Source: an uncultured Dehalococcoidaceae bacterium (lineage in GTDB: Bacteria > Chloroflexota > Dehalococcoidia > Dehalococcoidales > RBG-16-60-22). From it: a stretch of 46,426 bases of DNA. The notes beneath the pieces were generated by a model. That model saw only the letters and a program-made list of their open reading frames with translations. It was not told the origin of the DNA and searched no databases. This document shows, in pieces, positions 8,988 through 16,062 of the stretch; the stretch's first letter is position 1, and every line of letters starts with the position of its first letter. The stretch spans positions 1 to 46,426 of the forward strand of contig CAZRBS010000003.1 of NCBI GenBank assembly GCA_964598405.1. The letters run 5' to 3'. A program made the translations under genes and the position numbers.

Positions 8988-9027
8988 TGTGATTTTTGCT
9001 CCTGAACCTGTGATTTGGTTGTGATTT
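8988..9027 (+). repeat. Three direct TGTGATTT repeats (candidate regulator binding sites)
   Basis: TGTGATTT at 8988-8995, 9009-9016 and 9020-9027. Centre spacings are 21 and 11 nt, about 2 and 1 helical turns. They lie in the divergent intergenic region. Confidence 0.5.
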
Positions 9028-9207
9028 TTTTCCCGCATACTGCAAGTGAGACAATCGTAAATAATCTGAAGAGCGTAAAAGGTGGAATCTGCGTAATTTT
9101 TTTGAGGACAGGGAGAGTGAGCCCGGACACCAATCGGTAACTGAGGCGGCTAATACCGGAGATAGTGGAAGTCGCGCCACGCAGTTTTGAAGAAGGTGGT
9201 AAAGTTG

Positions 9208-9339
9208 GTGGCCTGGAACTTTAAAAGTTGTCCCAGATGCGGCGGTGATTTGTTCATAGACCGGGAAAGGAGCGGTCACTACGAACAGTGTCTCCAGTGT
9301 AGCTACATGCAGGATATGCCGGGTGGAGGGTGGAGATAA
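9208..9339 (+). CDS. Zinc-ribbon microprotein (43 aa, CxxC-x16-CxxC), not in ORF track
   Basis: Manual translation: VAWNFKSCPRCGGDLFIDRERSGHYEQCLQCSYMQDMPGGGWR*. AAGGTGGT lies 7 nt upstream of the GTG at 9208. Alternative in-frame starts at 9187, 9196 and 9205. Stop TAA at 9337-9339. Confidence 0.45.
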   Translation: MAWNFKSCPRCGGDLFIDRERSGHYEQCLQCSYMQDMPGGGWR

Positions 9340-9423
9340 AAGGCCATACAGCCTCTCCGGCCAATACGCTGGCGACCTTTTTCATGGCCGGATTCACAGG
9401 TAAGCTCAAACGAGTTTTGCATA

Positions 9424-9672
9424 TTGCCCGCCATATTTCGGGAGATTTGCTTGAGGAAAAAGTCGAAGCAGTTAAGTCCGGAGTGGGTTACCACCGGCTT
9501 TGTTGCTGAACATTGCGGGGTCAGCAACGTGACGGTATTGAGGTGGATAAGGAAGGGATATCTGGTTTCATTCCGGCTTCCCGGCGGTCATCACCGGATA
9601 CTGAGAAATGATTTTAACAGGTTCTTGTTGAGGCATAATCTGCCGGAAATGAGGACAGGGACCGGAAAATGA
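9424..9672 (+). CDS. Excisionase/MerR-type helix-turn-helix DNA-binding protein (HTH_17-like)
   Basis: VAEHCGVSNVTVLRWIRKGYL..RLPGGHHRI is typical of the excisionase-family DNA-binding domain. The start is probably the TTG at 9451 (GGGAG 5 nt upstream) rather than the TTG at 9424. Confidence 0.65.
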   Translation: MPAIFREICLRKKSKQLSPEWVTTGFVAEHCGVSNVTVLRWIRKGYLVSFRLPGGHHRILRNDFNRFLLRHNLPEMRTGTGK

Positions 9673-9762
9673 GCAGGGCCTCTGGCCTGAATCAGGGCGA
9701 CAGCTCTCAATGCAGGACAGGCGTGACATGGTGCGGAGCCGGGTTTCGGGGAGGCAGTCCTG

Positions 9763-10134
9763 GTGAACAGTAAGATACTGGTTATCGGGAGTAACCCGGT
9801 TGTTTTCAGGTTCGCAATGCGTACTCTGGAGCGAGAGGGGTACCGGATAGTCACATCATCGAATGGACGGGCGGGGCTGAGGAAAGCACAGAAGGAGAAG
9901 CCAGACCTTATTATTCTGGATATTATGCTGCCCGGCATGGACGGTTTCGAGGTCTGTCATCGCTTGCGCTCTGTTCCCCAGACGGCAGAGATACCCGTGT
10001 TGATGCTCACCACCAACGCACAGAGAAAAGATGGGGCTGACGGGCTACTGGCCGGAACCGGCTATTATTCCCTCATCAAACCGACGGGCCTCTCGGCGAT
10101 TGCTGAAAAAGTGGAGAGCCTGCTGGTAGGGTAA
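9763..10134 (+). CDS. Single-domain response regulator receiver protein (atypical acidic pocket)
   Basis: 123 aa. Receiver fold with DLIILDIMLPGMDG (phospho-Asp), LMLTT and LIKP. The usual DD after beta1 is replaced by GS (ILVIGSNP). GTG start with GGGGAGG RBS. Confidence 0.85.
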   Translation: MNSKILVIGSNPVVFRFAMRTLEREGYRIVTSSNGRAGLRKAQKEKPDLIILDIMLPGMDGFEVCHRLRSVPQTAEIPVLMLTTNAQRKDGADGLLAGTGYYSLIKPTGLSAIAEKVESLLVG

Positions 10135-10380
10135 GAGGAAGACGGGGGTGGTGGTGGTGCCTTGCCGGCGGGCCACCGGGAAAATCAGCGGCGTTCTGCC
10201 AGACGTATCTCCAGTTGGGCCAGCCCGAGTCCGGCTGGCGTGGGGCTCCCCGGCGGCCTCAATCACCTTTTGTCTTTGCTTCCACCGAAAATCATCACCG
10301 TCTAGGGGGAAAGTGCGCCTGAAATTGAGAGCGGGAAACGCAGCTGTGCAGTGACAGAAGTCCATATAAGAAGCAAAAAC

Positions 10381-10409
10381 TTGACAAATGACATGTTTCG
10401 TAGTAGAAG
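10381..10409 (+). promoter_or_regulatory. Candidate promoter for the histidine kinase operon
   Basis: TTGACA (10381-10386), a 17-nt spacer, then TAGAAG (10404-10409), about 65 nt upstream of the ATG at 10475. Confidence 0.3.
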
Positions 10410-10474
10410 TATTTAGAGGGAAAACAGCCCGGGCCGGGAAACCGGTTTAATCTATAACTTCTGGAGACACGGAA

Positions 10475-12457
10475 ATGAAGGCGATTGCTGAAACGAGGGA
10501 GCGGAGCGTAATTAAAGGAGCGGGAATGAGTGAGGGAATAGCCGCACCCGAAACCGGGTGGGGACGGCGAAAAAGGAAGTTTGAGCCCTTTGCCGGGTAC
10601 GGAAGGGCGGGGGAGGAACTGAGAGGGAAGAGGGACTATCTTGAGAGATTGAACGACTCTATAAATGAGGTGATAATCGCCGCCAGAGTGCCCGGGGGAA
10701 TTATTGAGTATGCCAACCGGCCGGTGGAAAATTTACTCGGCTATCAACCCGGGGAATGCGTGGGGCGAAAAATGGAGATGGTTTACCCCGGCCGGAAAGA
10801 ATACCTGAAGTTTGACCGGAAATTAAAGAGCGCTATCCGGCGTGGTGAGGAGGTTCTGGTAGCGGAGTGCCTGCTGAGACGTAAAGGCGAAAAAGTGTTT
10901 CCGGCTGAGGTGACAGCCACTTTTCTCAGGGAAGAAAGCAGGCCCGTTCAGGTGATTTTGGTTGTCAGGGATATTACCGGACGCAAGCGCGCCGAGCATG
11001 ATTTAAATGAGAGAATGAAAGAACTCAGGTGCATTTACGGGATTGCCGATATTTCGGAAAGGCAGGATTTTACCGCAGAGGAGACATATCAGGCCATTGC
11101 CGAGCTGCTGCCTGCGAGCTGGCAGTATCCTGAGATAGCCTGTGCCAGATTCACTCTCAATGGCAGGGAGTTCAGGACGGGTAATTACCGTGAAACCGCC
11201 TGGAAACAGTCCTGTGATATCATGGTGGCTGGAGCCAGGGCGGGGAAAGTCGAGGTTGGCTACCTTGAGGAGATGCCGGAAATCGATGAAGGGCCGTTCT
11301 TAAAGGAAGAGAGACTGCTGATTGATGCCGTTGCCGAGCGGCTGGGGAGAAGCGCCGAACACAGGCGGATTGCGGAAAACCTCCGGACGGCAGAGCAAAA
11401 TTTCCGGAACTCTCTGGACAGCTCTCCTCTGGGCGTCAGAATCGTTACCGCCGAAGGGGAAACCCTTTACGCGAATCAGGCTATGCTGGATATCTATGGC
11501 TATGGCACCGTTGAAGAACTGAGGCAGACCCCCGCCAGAGAACGCTATACCCCTGAAAGCTATGCCGAACACCTGGAAAGAAAAGAGAAAAGAAAACGGG
11601 GAGAGCCAGACTCTGACCATTACGAAATAAGCGTTATTCGGAAAGACGGTGAAATCCGGCACCTGGAAGTACTGCGGGGAGAGGTGCTGTGGGATGGCGG
11701 GACGCAGTTCCAGGTAATCTATTCCGATGTCACCGAGCGCAAAAAGGCTAAAGAAAAGCTGGTTGAGTACGAGGAACTGAACAAGCTCAAGACGAACCTG
11801 CTGTCCACCGTCTCCCATGAACTGCGCACCCCGCTGGCGACCATCAAGGGGTATTCGACGATGCTGCTGGACTACGACCGCAGGTTGTCGCCTGAGGAGA
11901 AGAGGGTACACCTCCAGTCCATAGACAGGGCTACCGACCGGTTGGCCGAGCTTGTGGACCATCTTCTGGACATGTCCCGTCTGGAGGCGGGACTGCTGAA
12001 GTTGTTCAGGGAACCTGTCAGTCTGTCCGGGCTGATTCAGGAAGCGGTGGCTGATGCCAGACTCAGGACACCTGATCACGAAATAGTGCTGGACCGGCCG
12101 AAAAGGTTGCCGAAGCCAAATATTGACGCCAGGCGTGTTCGGCAGTTGCTGGATAACCTCATCGATAATGCTATCAAATATTCTGAGAAGGGGACTAGGG
12201 TGGTGGTATCGGTCCGGCGTATGGGAGGTGAGCTTCTGGTCAGCGTATCTGACCGCGGAGTTGGAATATCTGCCGATGAGCAGGAAAAGGTGTTCGACCG
12301 GATGTACCGCATCGAGCACAGGCAGACTGCCGAGGTCAAGGGCGTCGGGCTGGGGCTGGCTATCTGCAAGGGGCTGGTGGAGGCGCACGGGGGGCGCATC
12401 TGGGTGGAGAGCAGGAAAGGAGAGGGAAGCACATTTTCGTTTACCCTGCCATTGTAA
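10475..12457 (+). CDS. Soluble multi-sensor PAS histidine kinase
   Basis: 660 aa with no hydrophobic TM segment. Two PAS-like blocks (about aa 55-170 and 305-425), each ending in DITGRK/DVTERK. H-box SHELRTPL (His codon 11816-11818), N-box DNLIDNAIKYS, G-boxes SDRGVGI and GVGLGLAI. Alternative start ATG at 10526 with an AAAGGAG RBS. Confidence 0.9.
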   Translation: MKAIAETRERSVIKGAGMSEGIAAPETGWGRRKRKFEPFAGYGRAGEELRGKRDYLERLNDSINEVIIAARVPGGIIEYANRPVENLLGYQPGECVGRKMEMVYPGRKEYLKFDRKLKSAIRRGEEVLVAECLLRRKGEKVFPAEVTATFLREESRPVQVILVVRDITGRKRAEHDLNERMKELRCIYGIADISERQDFTAEETYQAIAELLPASWQYPEIACARFTLNGREFRTGNYRETAWKQSCDIMVAGARAGKVEVGYLEEMPEIDEGPFLKEERLLIDAVAERLGRSAEHRRIAENLRTAEQNFRNSLDSSPLGVRIVTAEGETLYANQAMLDIYGYGTVEELRQTPARERYTPESYAEHLERKEKRKRGEPDSDHYEISVIRKDGEIRHLEVLRGEVLWDGGTQFQVIYSDVTERKKAKEKLVEYEELNKLKTNLLSTVSHELRTPLATIKGYSTMLLDYDRRLSPEEKRVHLQSIDRATDRLAELVDHLLDMSRLEAGLLKLFREPVSLSGLIQEAVADARLRTPDHEIVLDRPKRLPKPNIDARRVRQLLDNLIDNAIKYSEKGTRVVVSVRRMGGELLVSVSDRGVGISADEQEKVFDRMYRIEHRQTAEVKGVGLGLAICKGLVEAHGGRIWVESRKGEGSTFSFTLPL

Positions 12458-12477
12458 AGCATTGCCAAGGTATAAAG

Positions 12478-12867
12478 ATGGGGAAGGCACTTGAAAAAAA
12501 GACGGTTCTCATTGTAGAAGATGAAAAAGATATCCGGAGCTTCACCTCTCGTGTTCTTGAGCTTGAGGGCTACCGTGTTCTTCAGGCTGAAAATGGCAAT
12601 GAGGGCCTCCGGCTGGCAAGGATGAACCAGGTTGCTCTCATACTGTTGGACCTGAGGCTGCCCGGACGCAGCGGTTGGGCGTTACTGGTGCTGCTGAAAA
12701 GTGAACCGGGGCTCTGCAGGGTTCCGGTTATCGTATTTACCGCTTCGGCGGCGGTCGCCGAGCGGGACAGGGCGCTTAGAATGGGTGCCGTAGCCTATGT
12801 GGTCAAGCCCCTGAGCGCTGCCAGTCTGAAGGAAACCGTTGCCCGTGTCCTGTCCCCGGGGGAGTAA
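12478..12867 (+). CDS. Single-domain response regulator receiver protein
   Basis: 129 aa with a canonical receiver: LIVEDE, LILLDLRLPG, VIVFTAS, VVKP. Confidence 0.9.
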   Translation: MGKALEKKTVLIVEDEKDIRSFTSRVLELEGYRVLQAENGNEGLRLARMNQVALILLDLRLPGRSGWALLVLLKSEPGLCRVPVIVFTASAAVAERDRALRMGAVAYVVKPLSAASLKETVARVLSPGE

Positions 12868-12875
12868 TAGCAAAC

Positions 12876-13574
12876 ATGTCACCAAGAAAAGCATCAGTGC
12901 TGGTAGTTGATGACGACGTTCGTGTATTGCGCATGATACAGCGGACACTGGAACTGGAGGGTTACCGTGTGCTCAGTGCGGACAACGGCGGGGATGCTTT
13001 TAACGCTTTTGACGAGGAGCCCCTGGACCTGGTGCTGCTGGATATCCTGATGCCTGGTATCGATGGCTATGCGGTGTGCCAGCGTATCCGGGAGTTCTCT
13101 CAGATACCGATAGTCATGGTTACCGCTAGGAATAGTGAGGAAGAGAAGGTGCGGGGACTGAGTGCCGGTGCCGATGATTATATAACCAAGCCGTTTTCTG
13201 CCCGGGAACTGGTGGCACGGGTGAGGGCAGTCCTGCGCCGCACCAGGCTCTGGAACGAGCACCCGGAACCCACCTTCCAGCTTGAGGACCTTGTAGTCGA
13301 CTTCACCAGGCACAGAGTTGCCGTTTGCGGGAAAGAGGTAGTTCTAACGGCCACCGAGTATAAACTGCTCTCTTATCTGGCGCGTAACGCCGGGAGGATG
13401 CTCACGCCCGCCCAGATACTGGAGCAGGTCTGGGGGGAGGAATATTTCGGGGAGACCCATATCCTTCAGGTTACCATGGCCCGGCTCAGGCGAAAGCTAA
13501 GAGACGACGCCAAAAATCCCAGATACATCATAACCAGGTCCGGCATAGGGTACATGATGTTGAAACAGGCATGA
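12876..13574 (+). CDS. OmpR/PhoB-family DNA-binding response regulator
   Basis: 232 aa. Receiver motifs VLVVDDD, LVLLDILMPGIDG, VMVTAR, YITKPF. C-terminal winged helix motifs LTATEYKLLSYLARNAG and YIITRSGIGYML. Confidence 0.92.
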   Translation: MSPRKASVLVVDDDVRVLRMIQRTLELEGYRVLSADNGGDAFNAFDEEPLDLVLLDILMPGIDGYAVCQRIREFSQIPIVMVTARNSEEEKVRGLSAGADDYITKPFSARELVARVRAVLRRTRLWNEHPEPTFQLEDLVVDFTRHRVAVCGKEVVLTATEYKLLSYLARNAGRMLTPAQILEQVWGEEYFGETHILQVTMARLRRKLRDDAKNPRYIITRSGIGYMMLKQA

Positions 13575-13615
13575 TTATCTGCCCGGCGTTCTCGGAATAA
13601 CCTGTCATTATCAAG

Positions 13616-13645
13616 AGGTCTTCTGCTTTCAGGAAGGCCTTTTTG
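13616..13645 (+). terminator. Rho-independent terminator after the OmpR-family regulator
   Basis: AGGUCUUC-UGCUUUCAG-GAAGGCCU (8 bp including one G-U) followed by UUUUUG, 42 nt after the stop codon. Confidence 0.5.
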
Positions 13646-13676
13646 CCCGGAAGGCGCCGGGAGCCACGTTTCACCT

Positions 13677-13723
13677 GTGATTTCTTTGTGACAGTTCCGG
13701 GCAGTATTGCAATTTACCTGTGA
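13677..13723 (+). repeat. Second set of (C)CTGTGA(T/G)TT direct repeats
   Basis: ACCTGTGATTT at 13673-13683, TTGTGACA at 13686-13693 (TGTGA cores 10 nt apart), and ACCTGTGAGTT at 13716-13726. The same core occurs at 8988-9027. Confidence 0.45.
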
Positions 13724-14036
13724 GTTGCCTTCCCGATACTTGAAATGCAGAGATATGGGAAGGCGAGAAATGACGGCATTGCCAGGTAGTGAAGGTTTGC
13801 TCAACCCGGGTGATGAGAACCGCGGTTTATTTCCGGAGCACCACCGGTGCATGAGGGCATTTCGCTCTGCTCACCCCGTCAATTGGAAGCAATGGGGATA
13901 CAAAAGACCGCAAGCTAAGGGCAGTTCTCCGTCCCTTGCCCTCACTGTGCTTCTGAGGCAGCACGGACTATCCGCCCCTTCAACGAACTAGAACTGTAAC
14001 ATTATTCGAAATCTTGTCAGGGAGTCGCCCTCAAAC

Positions 14037-14426
14037 ATGCGCAGAAGACGATTAATAATGGTGGTCGATGACGACCGGGAAATGCTGAAGATGCTCGGTT
14101 GTACCCTCAAACTGGAAGGGTACGACGTCATTACAACTGCCGAAAGTACGTCGGCGCTTTCATTGCTAATTAGGCGCAGACCTGACCTGGTTGTCCTGGA
14201 TATTATGATGCCCGTTCTGGACGGCTATAAGGTTCTCGGTCTTATACGGCAGTGTTCTGACGTTCCGGTAATCATGCTTACCGCAAAATGCGATGTGCTC
14301 TCATCACGTAGTGCCCTGGTCAATGGCGCCGATGATTATGTGAGGAAACCTTTTCGCACGCGGGAGCTGCTGGCGCGGATAAGGGCAAAGTTGAGGCGGG
14401 CGAGGAAGGAGGTGGCTGGCACGTGA
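14037..14426 (+). CDS. Single-domain response regulator receiver protein
   Basis: 129 aa with a canonical receiver: MVVDDD, LVVLDIMMPVLDG, VIMLTAK, YVRKPF. Confidence 0.9.
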   Translation: MRRRRLIMVVDDDREMLKMLGCTLKLEGYDVITTAESTSALSLLIRRRPDLVVLDIMMPVLDGYKVLGLIRQCSDVPVIMLTAKCDVLSSRSALVNGADDYVRKPFRTRELLARIRAKLRRARKEVAGT

Positions 14427-14590
14427 CGAATCCGGTTTCAAACGGGCGGGTTATGGGGCCGGCAAATGGCGTAAAATTTGCCTTTTGCCCGTATTGCGCC
14501 CGCAGGGGACTTTACCGGGTGCGGAGGAAATATGAACGGTGCCGGTATTGCGGCTTATATCGAATACTTTTACCCGGGCATGATTTTTAG
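14423..14590 (+). CDS. Zinc-ribbon microprotein (55 aa, CxxC-x13-CxxC), not in ORF track
   Basis: Manual translation: VTNPVSNGRVMGPANGVKFAFCPYCARRGLYRVRRKYERCRYCGLYRILLPGHDF*. The GTG at 14423 overlaps the TGA of the preceding receiver gene (GTGA) and follows AGGAAGGAGGTGG. Alternative start ATG at 14453. Confidence 0.5.
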   Translation: MTNPVSNGRVMGPANGVKFAFCPYCARRGLYRVRRKYERCRYCGLYRILLPGHDF

Positions 14591-14604
14591 GTTGATTACG
14601 GGGC

Positions 14605-15420
14605 ATGGCTGGAGGAGGTCAGAAGGGAGTGGAAGAAGTGAGCAATAAAACGATAAGAATTTTACTGGTCGACGGTCAGGAACTCGTTCGGTACGGGCTG
14701 GGGCGTATGCTGGAGCAGGAAGAGGATATGCAGGTGGTGGGTGAGTGCGCCACCGTTGAAGAGGCTGTCTTCCAGCTGGGGGAGCTCTTGCCGGATGTCC
14801 TGCTTATGGACCTGAATGCGGGCGGGGTGAATGTACTTGAGGTCGCCCGATGCTTGAAAGAAAGCGGGCTCGCGTGTGGTGCCGGGGTTATAATACTGGC
14901 CGATACCGCAGATTGCCGTGACGAGGTGCTGGAGGCGGGGGCGGCGGGCTACATTCTCCGGGGGGCAACCCGCACCGAAGTTACCCGGATTGTCAGGGAA
15001 GCTTTCTGGAGCGAGCGTTCCCGCAATGGTGATAGTGATATTACCGAAGAGATTGAACTGGTCATACCGGCGCTGCCTGAGGCTGAGGCGGCTCAGATGT
15101 TAAGGTTTCTGTGTCAGCTGGAGGAGATACTGGATGATAATTATGACAGTATCGTCAGGGTGACCGGTTCCTGGGACGAGGGCGCCACCGTCACGCTTGC
15201 CCTGAAGCCCGGCGTACTGACCGGATTTCTGGATAAACTGGCGAGCATGCCCAATATAAAGGCAGTGGAGGAAGAGCCGCTGGTGAAACGCACCATTTCC
15301 AGTCTGGCCAGCAGGTTCGGGGTCCTGCTGAAGTCCGGCAATAACCCCGGCAGAAGAATACGTATAACCTTGAAAAAGACCGGGGCAGCCAGGCGGGGAC
15401 TTCCCACCATGTTGAACTGA
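14605..15420 (+). CDS. Receiver-domain protein with degenerate active site and unassigned C-terminal domain
   Basis: 271 aa. NarL-like receiver (IRILLVDGQEL, VLLMDLN) in which the Thr and Lys positions read ILAD and ILRG. About 110 C-terminal residues (ELVIPALPEAEAAQMLRFLCQLEE...GSWDEGATVTLAL...) carry no HTH I recognise. Possible true start at the GTG at 14638. Confidence 0.75.
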   Translation: MAGGGQKGVEEVSNKTIRILLVDGQELVRYGLGRMLEQEEDMQVVGECATVEEAVFQLGELLPDVLLMDLNAGGVNVLEVARCLKESGLACGAGVIILADTADCRDEVLEAGAAGYILRGATRTEVTRIVREAFWSERSRNGDSDITEEIELVIPALPEAEAAQMLRFLCQLEEILDDNYDSIVRVTGSWDEGATVTLALKPGVLTGFLDKLASMPNIKAVEEEPLVKRTISSLASRFGVLLKSGNNPGRRIRITLKKTGAARRGLPTMLN

Positions 15421-15449
15421 CCCGGTGCTGAAGCGGTGCTTTTTGGATT

Positions 15450-15848
15450 ATGGTTGATAACGAAGAAAGCCTGGCCAGGATAATAAGGCAAAGACGGTTT
15501 TCGGCTTCTATGTCGTTAAGTCAGCTTGCTGCCAGGTCAGGCATATCTCAGTCGCATCTCGGCAGAATAGAGCGCCAGGAGCGTTTCCCCTCGGTCCGTA
15601 CGCTGCAGAAGATTGCCAGACCACTGGGGTTCGACGAAAACGAGCTGCTTGTAGTAGCCGGATACCTCTCACCGCGGCCTGTCAATACGGTTAAGAAGCC
15701 GGAAAACCGCCGCCGTTATAATGAATTAGACCCCTTTGTGGCGCAGTTACTGGCGCGCGAGCCGCTCGAGGTGCAGAACACGGTAATCGGGATTCTCCGA
15801 ATTCTGAAGAGCCTTGCCCGGTGTATTGACAGGGAGCAGCACTACTAG
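15450..15848 (+). CDS. XRE-family helix-turn-helix transcriptional regulator
   Basis: 132 aa. IIRQRRFSASMSLSQLAARSGISQSHLGRIERQERFPSVRTLQKIARPLG is a Cro/C1-type HTH. Confidence 0.8.
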   Translation: MVDNEESLARIIRQRRFSASMSLSQLAARSGISQSHLGRIERQERFPSVRTLQKIARPLGFDENELLVVAGYLSPRPVNTVKKPENRRRYNELDPFVAQLLAREPLEVQNTVIGILRILKSLARCIDREQHY

Positions 15849-15939
15849 CGGGGGCGAATATCGCCATATCTGCCACCCGATCATTATGCTGGGGAAAGCG
15901 CACGGGTTTTATTTTCTTTTTGCAGGTAAAATCCGTAAA

Positions 15940-15969
15940 TTGATTTCCATTCGGCAGACTGTTTATAAT
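15940..15969 (+). promoter_or_regulatory. Candidate promoter for the por operon
   Basis: TTGATT (15940-15945), an 18-nt spacer, then TATAAT (15964-15969), about 95 nt upstream of the porG ATG. Confidence 0.4.
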
Positions 15970-16062
15970 GTTGGGCGGAAGGAACCGGATGCTTTCCTGA
16001 ATTATTCCGTCTTCCGGGCGGAGAACCGGTCGGGGTTTCTGATGGTAAGGAAAGAGGAAGAA

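Noticed and set aside
10148-10354. 68-aa ORF (and antisense 10045-10365) between the receiver and the kinase
   Set aside because: Arg/Pro/Ala-rich translation with no RBS and no motif. More likely an untranslated spacer upstream of the kinase promoter.
11300-12490. 396-aa minus-strand ORF
   Set aside because: Antisense to the histidine kinase (H, N and G boxes are all on the + strand). Low-complexity P/Q/L-rich product.
13707-13991. 94-aa ORF in the long intergenic gap
   Set aside because: No RBS and an odd composition, with no motif. I kept the region as a non-coding finding rather than calling a CDS, though it cannot be fully excluded without comparative data.
15814-16062. N-terminal extension of porG in the ORF track
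   Set aside because: It overlaps the end of the XRE gene and the TTGATT-N18-TATAAT promoter. PorG homology starts near MERDGGIEEVRWHGRGGQGA, with an RBS before the ATG at 16063.
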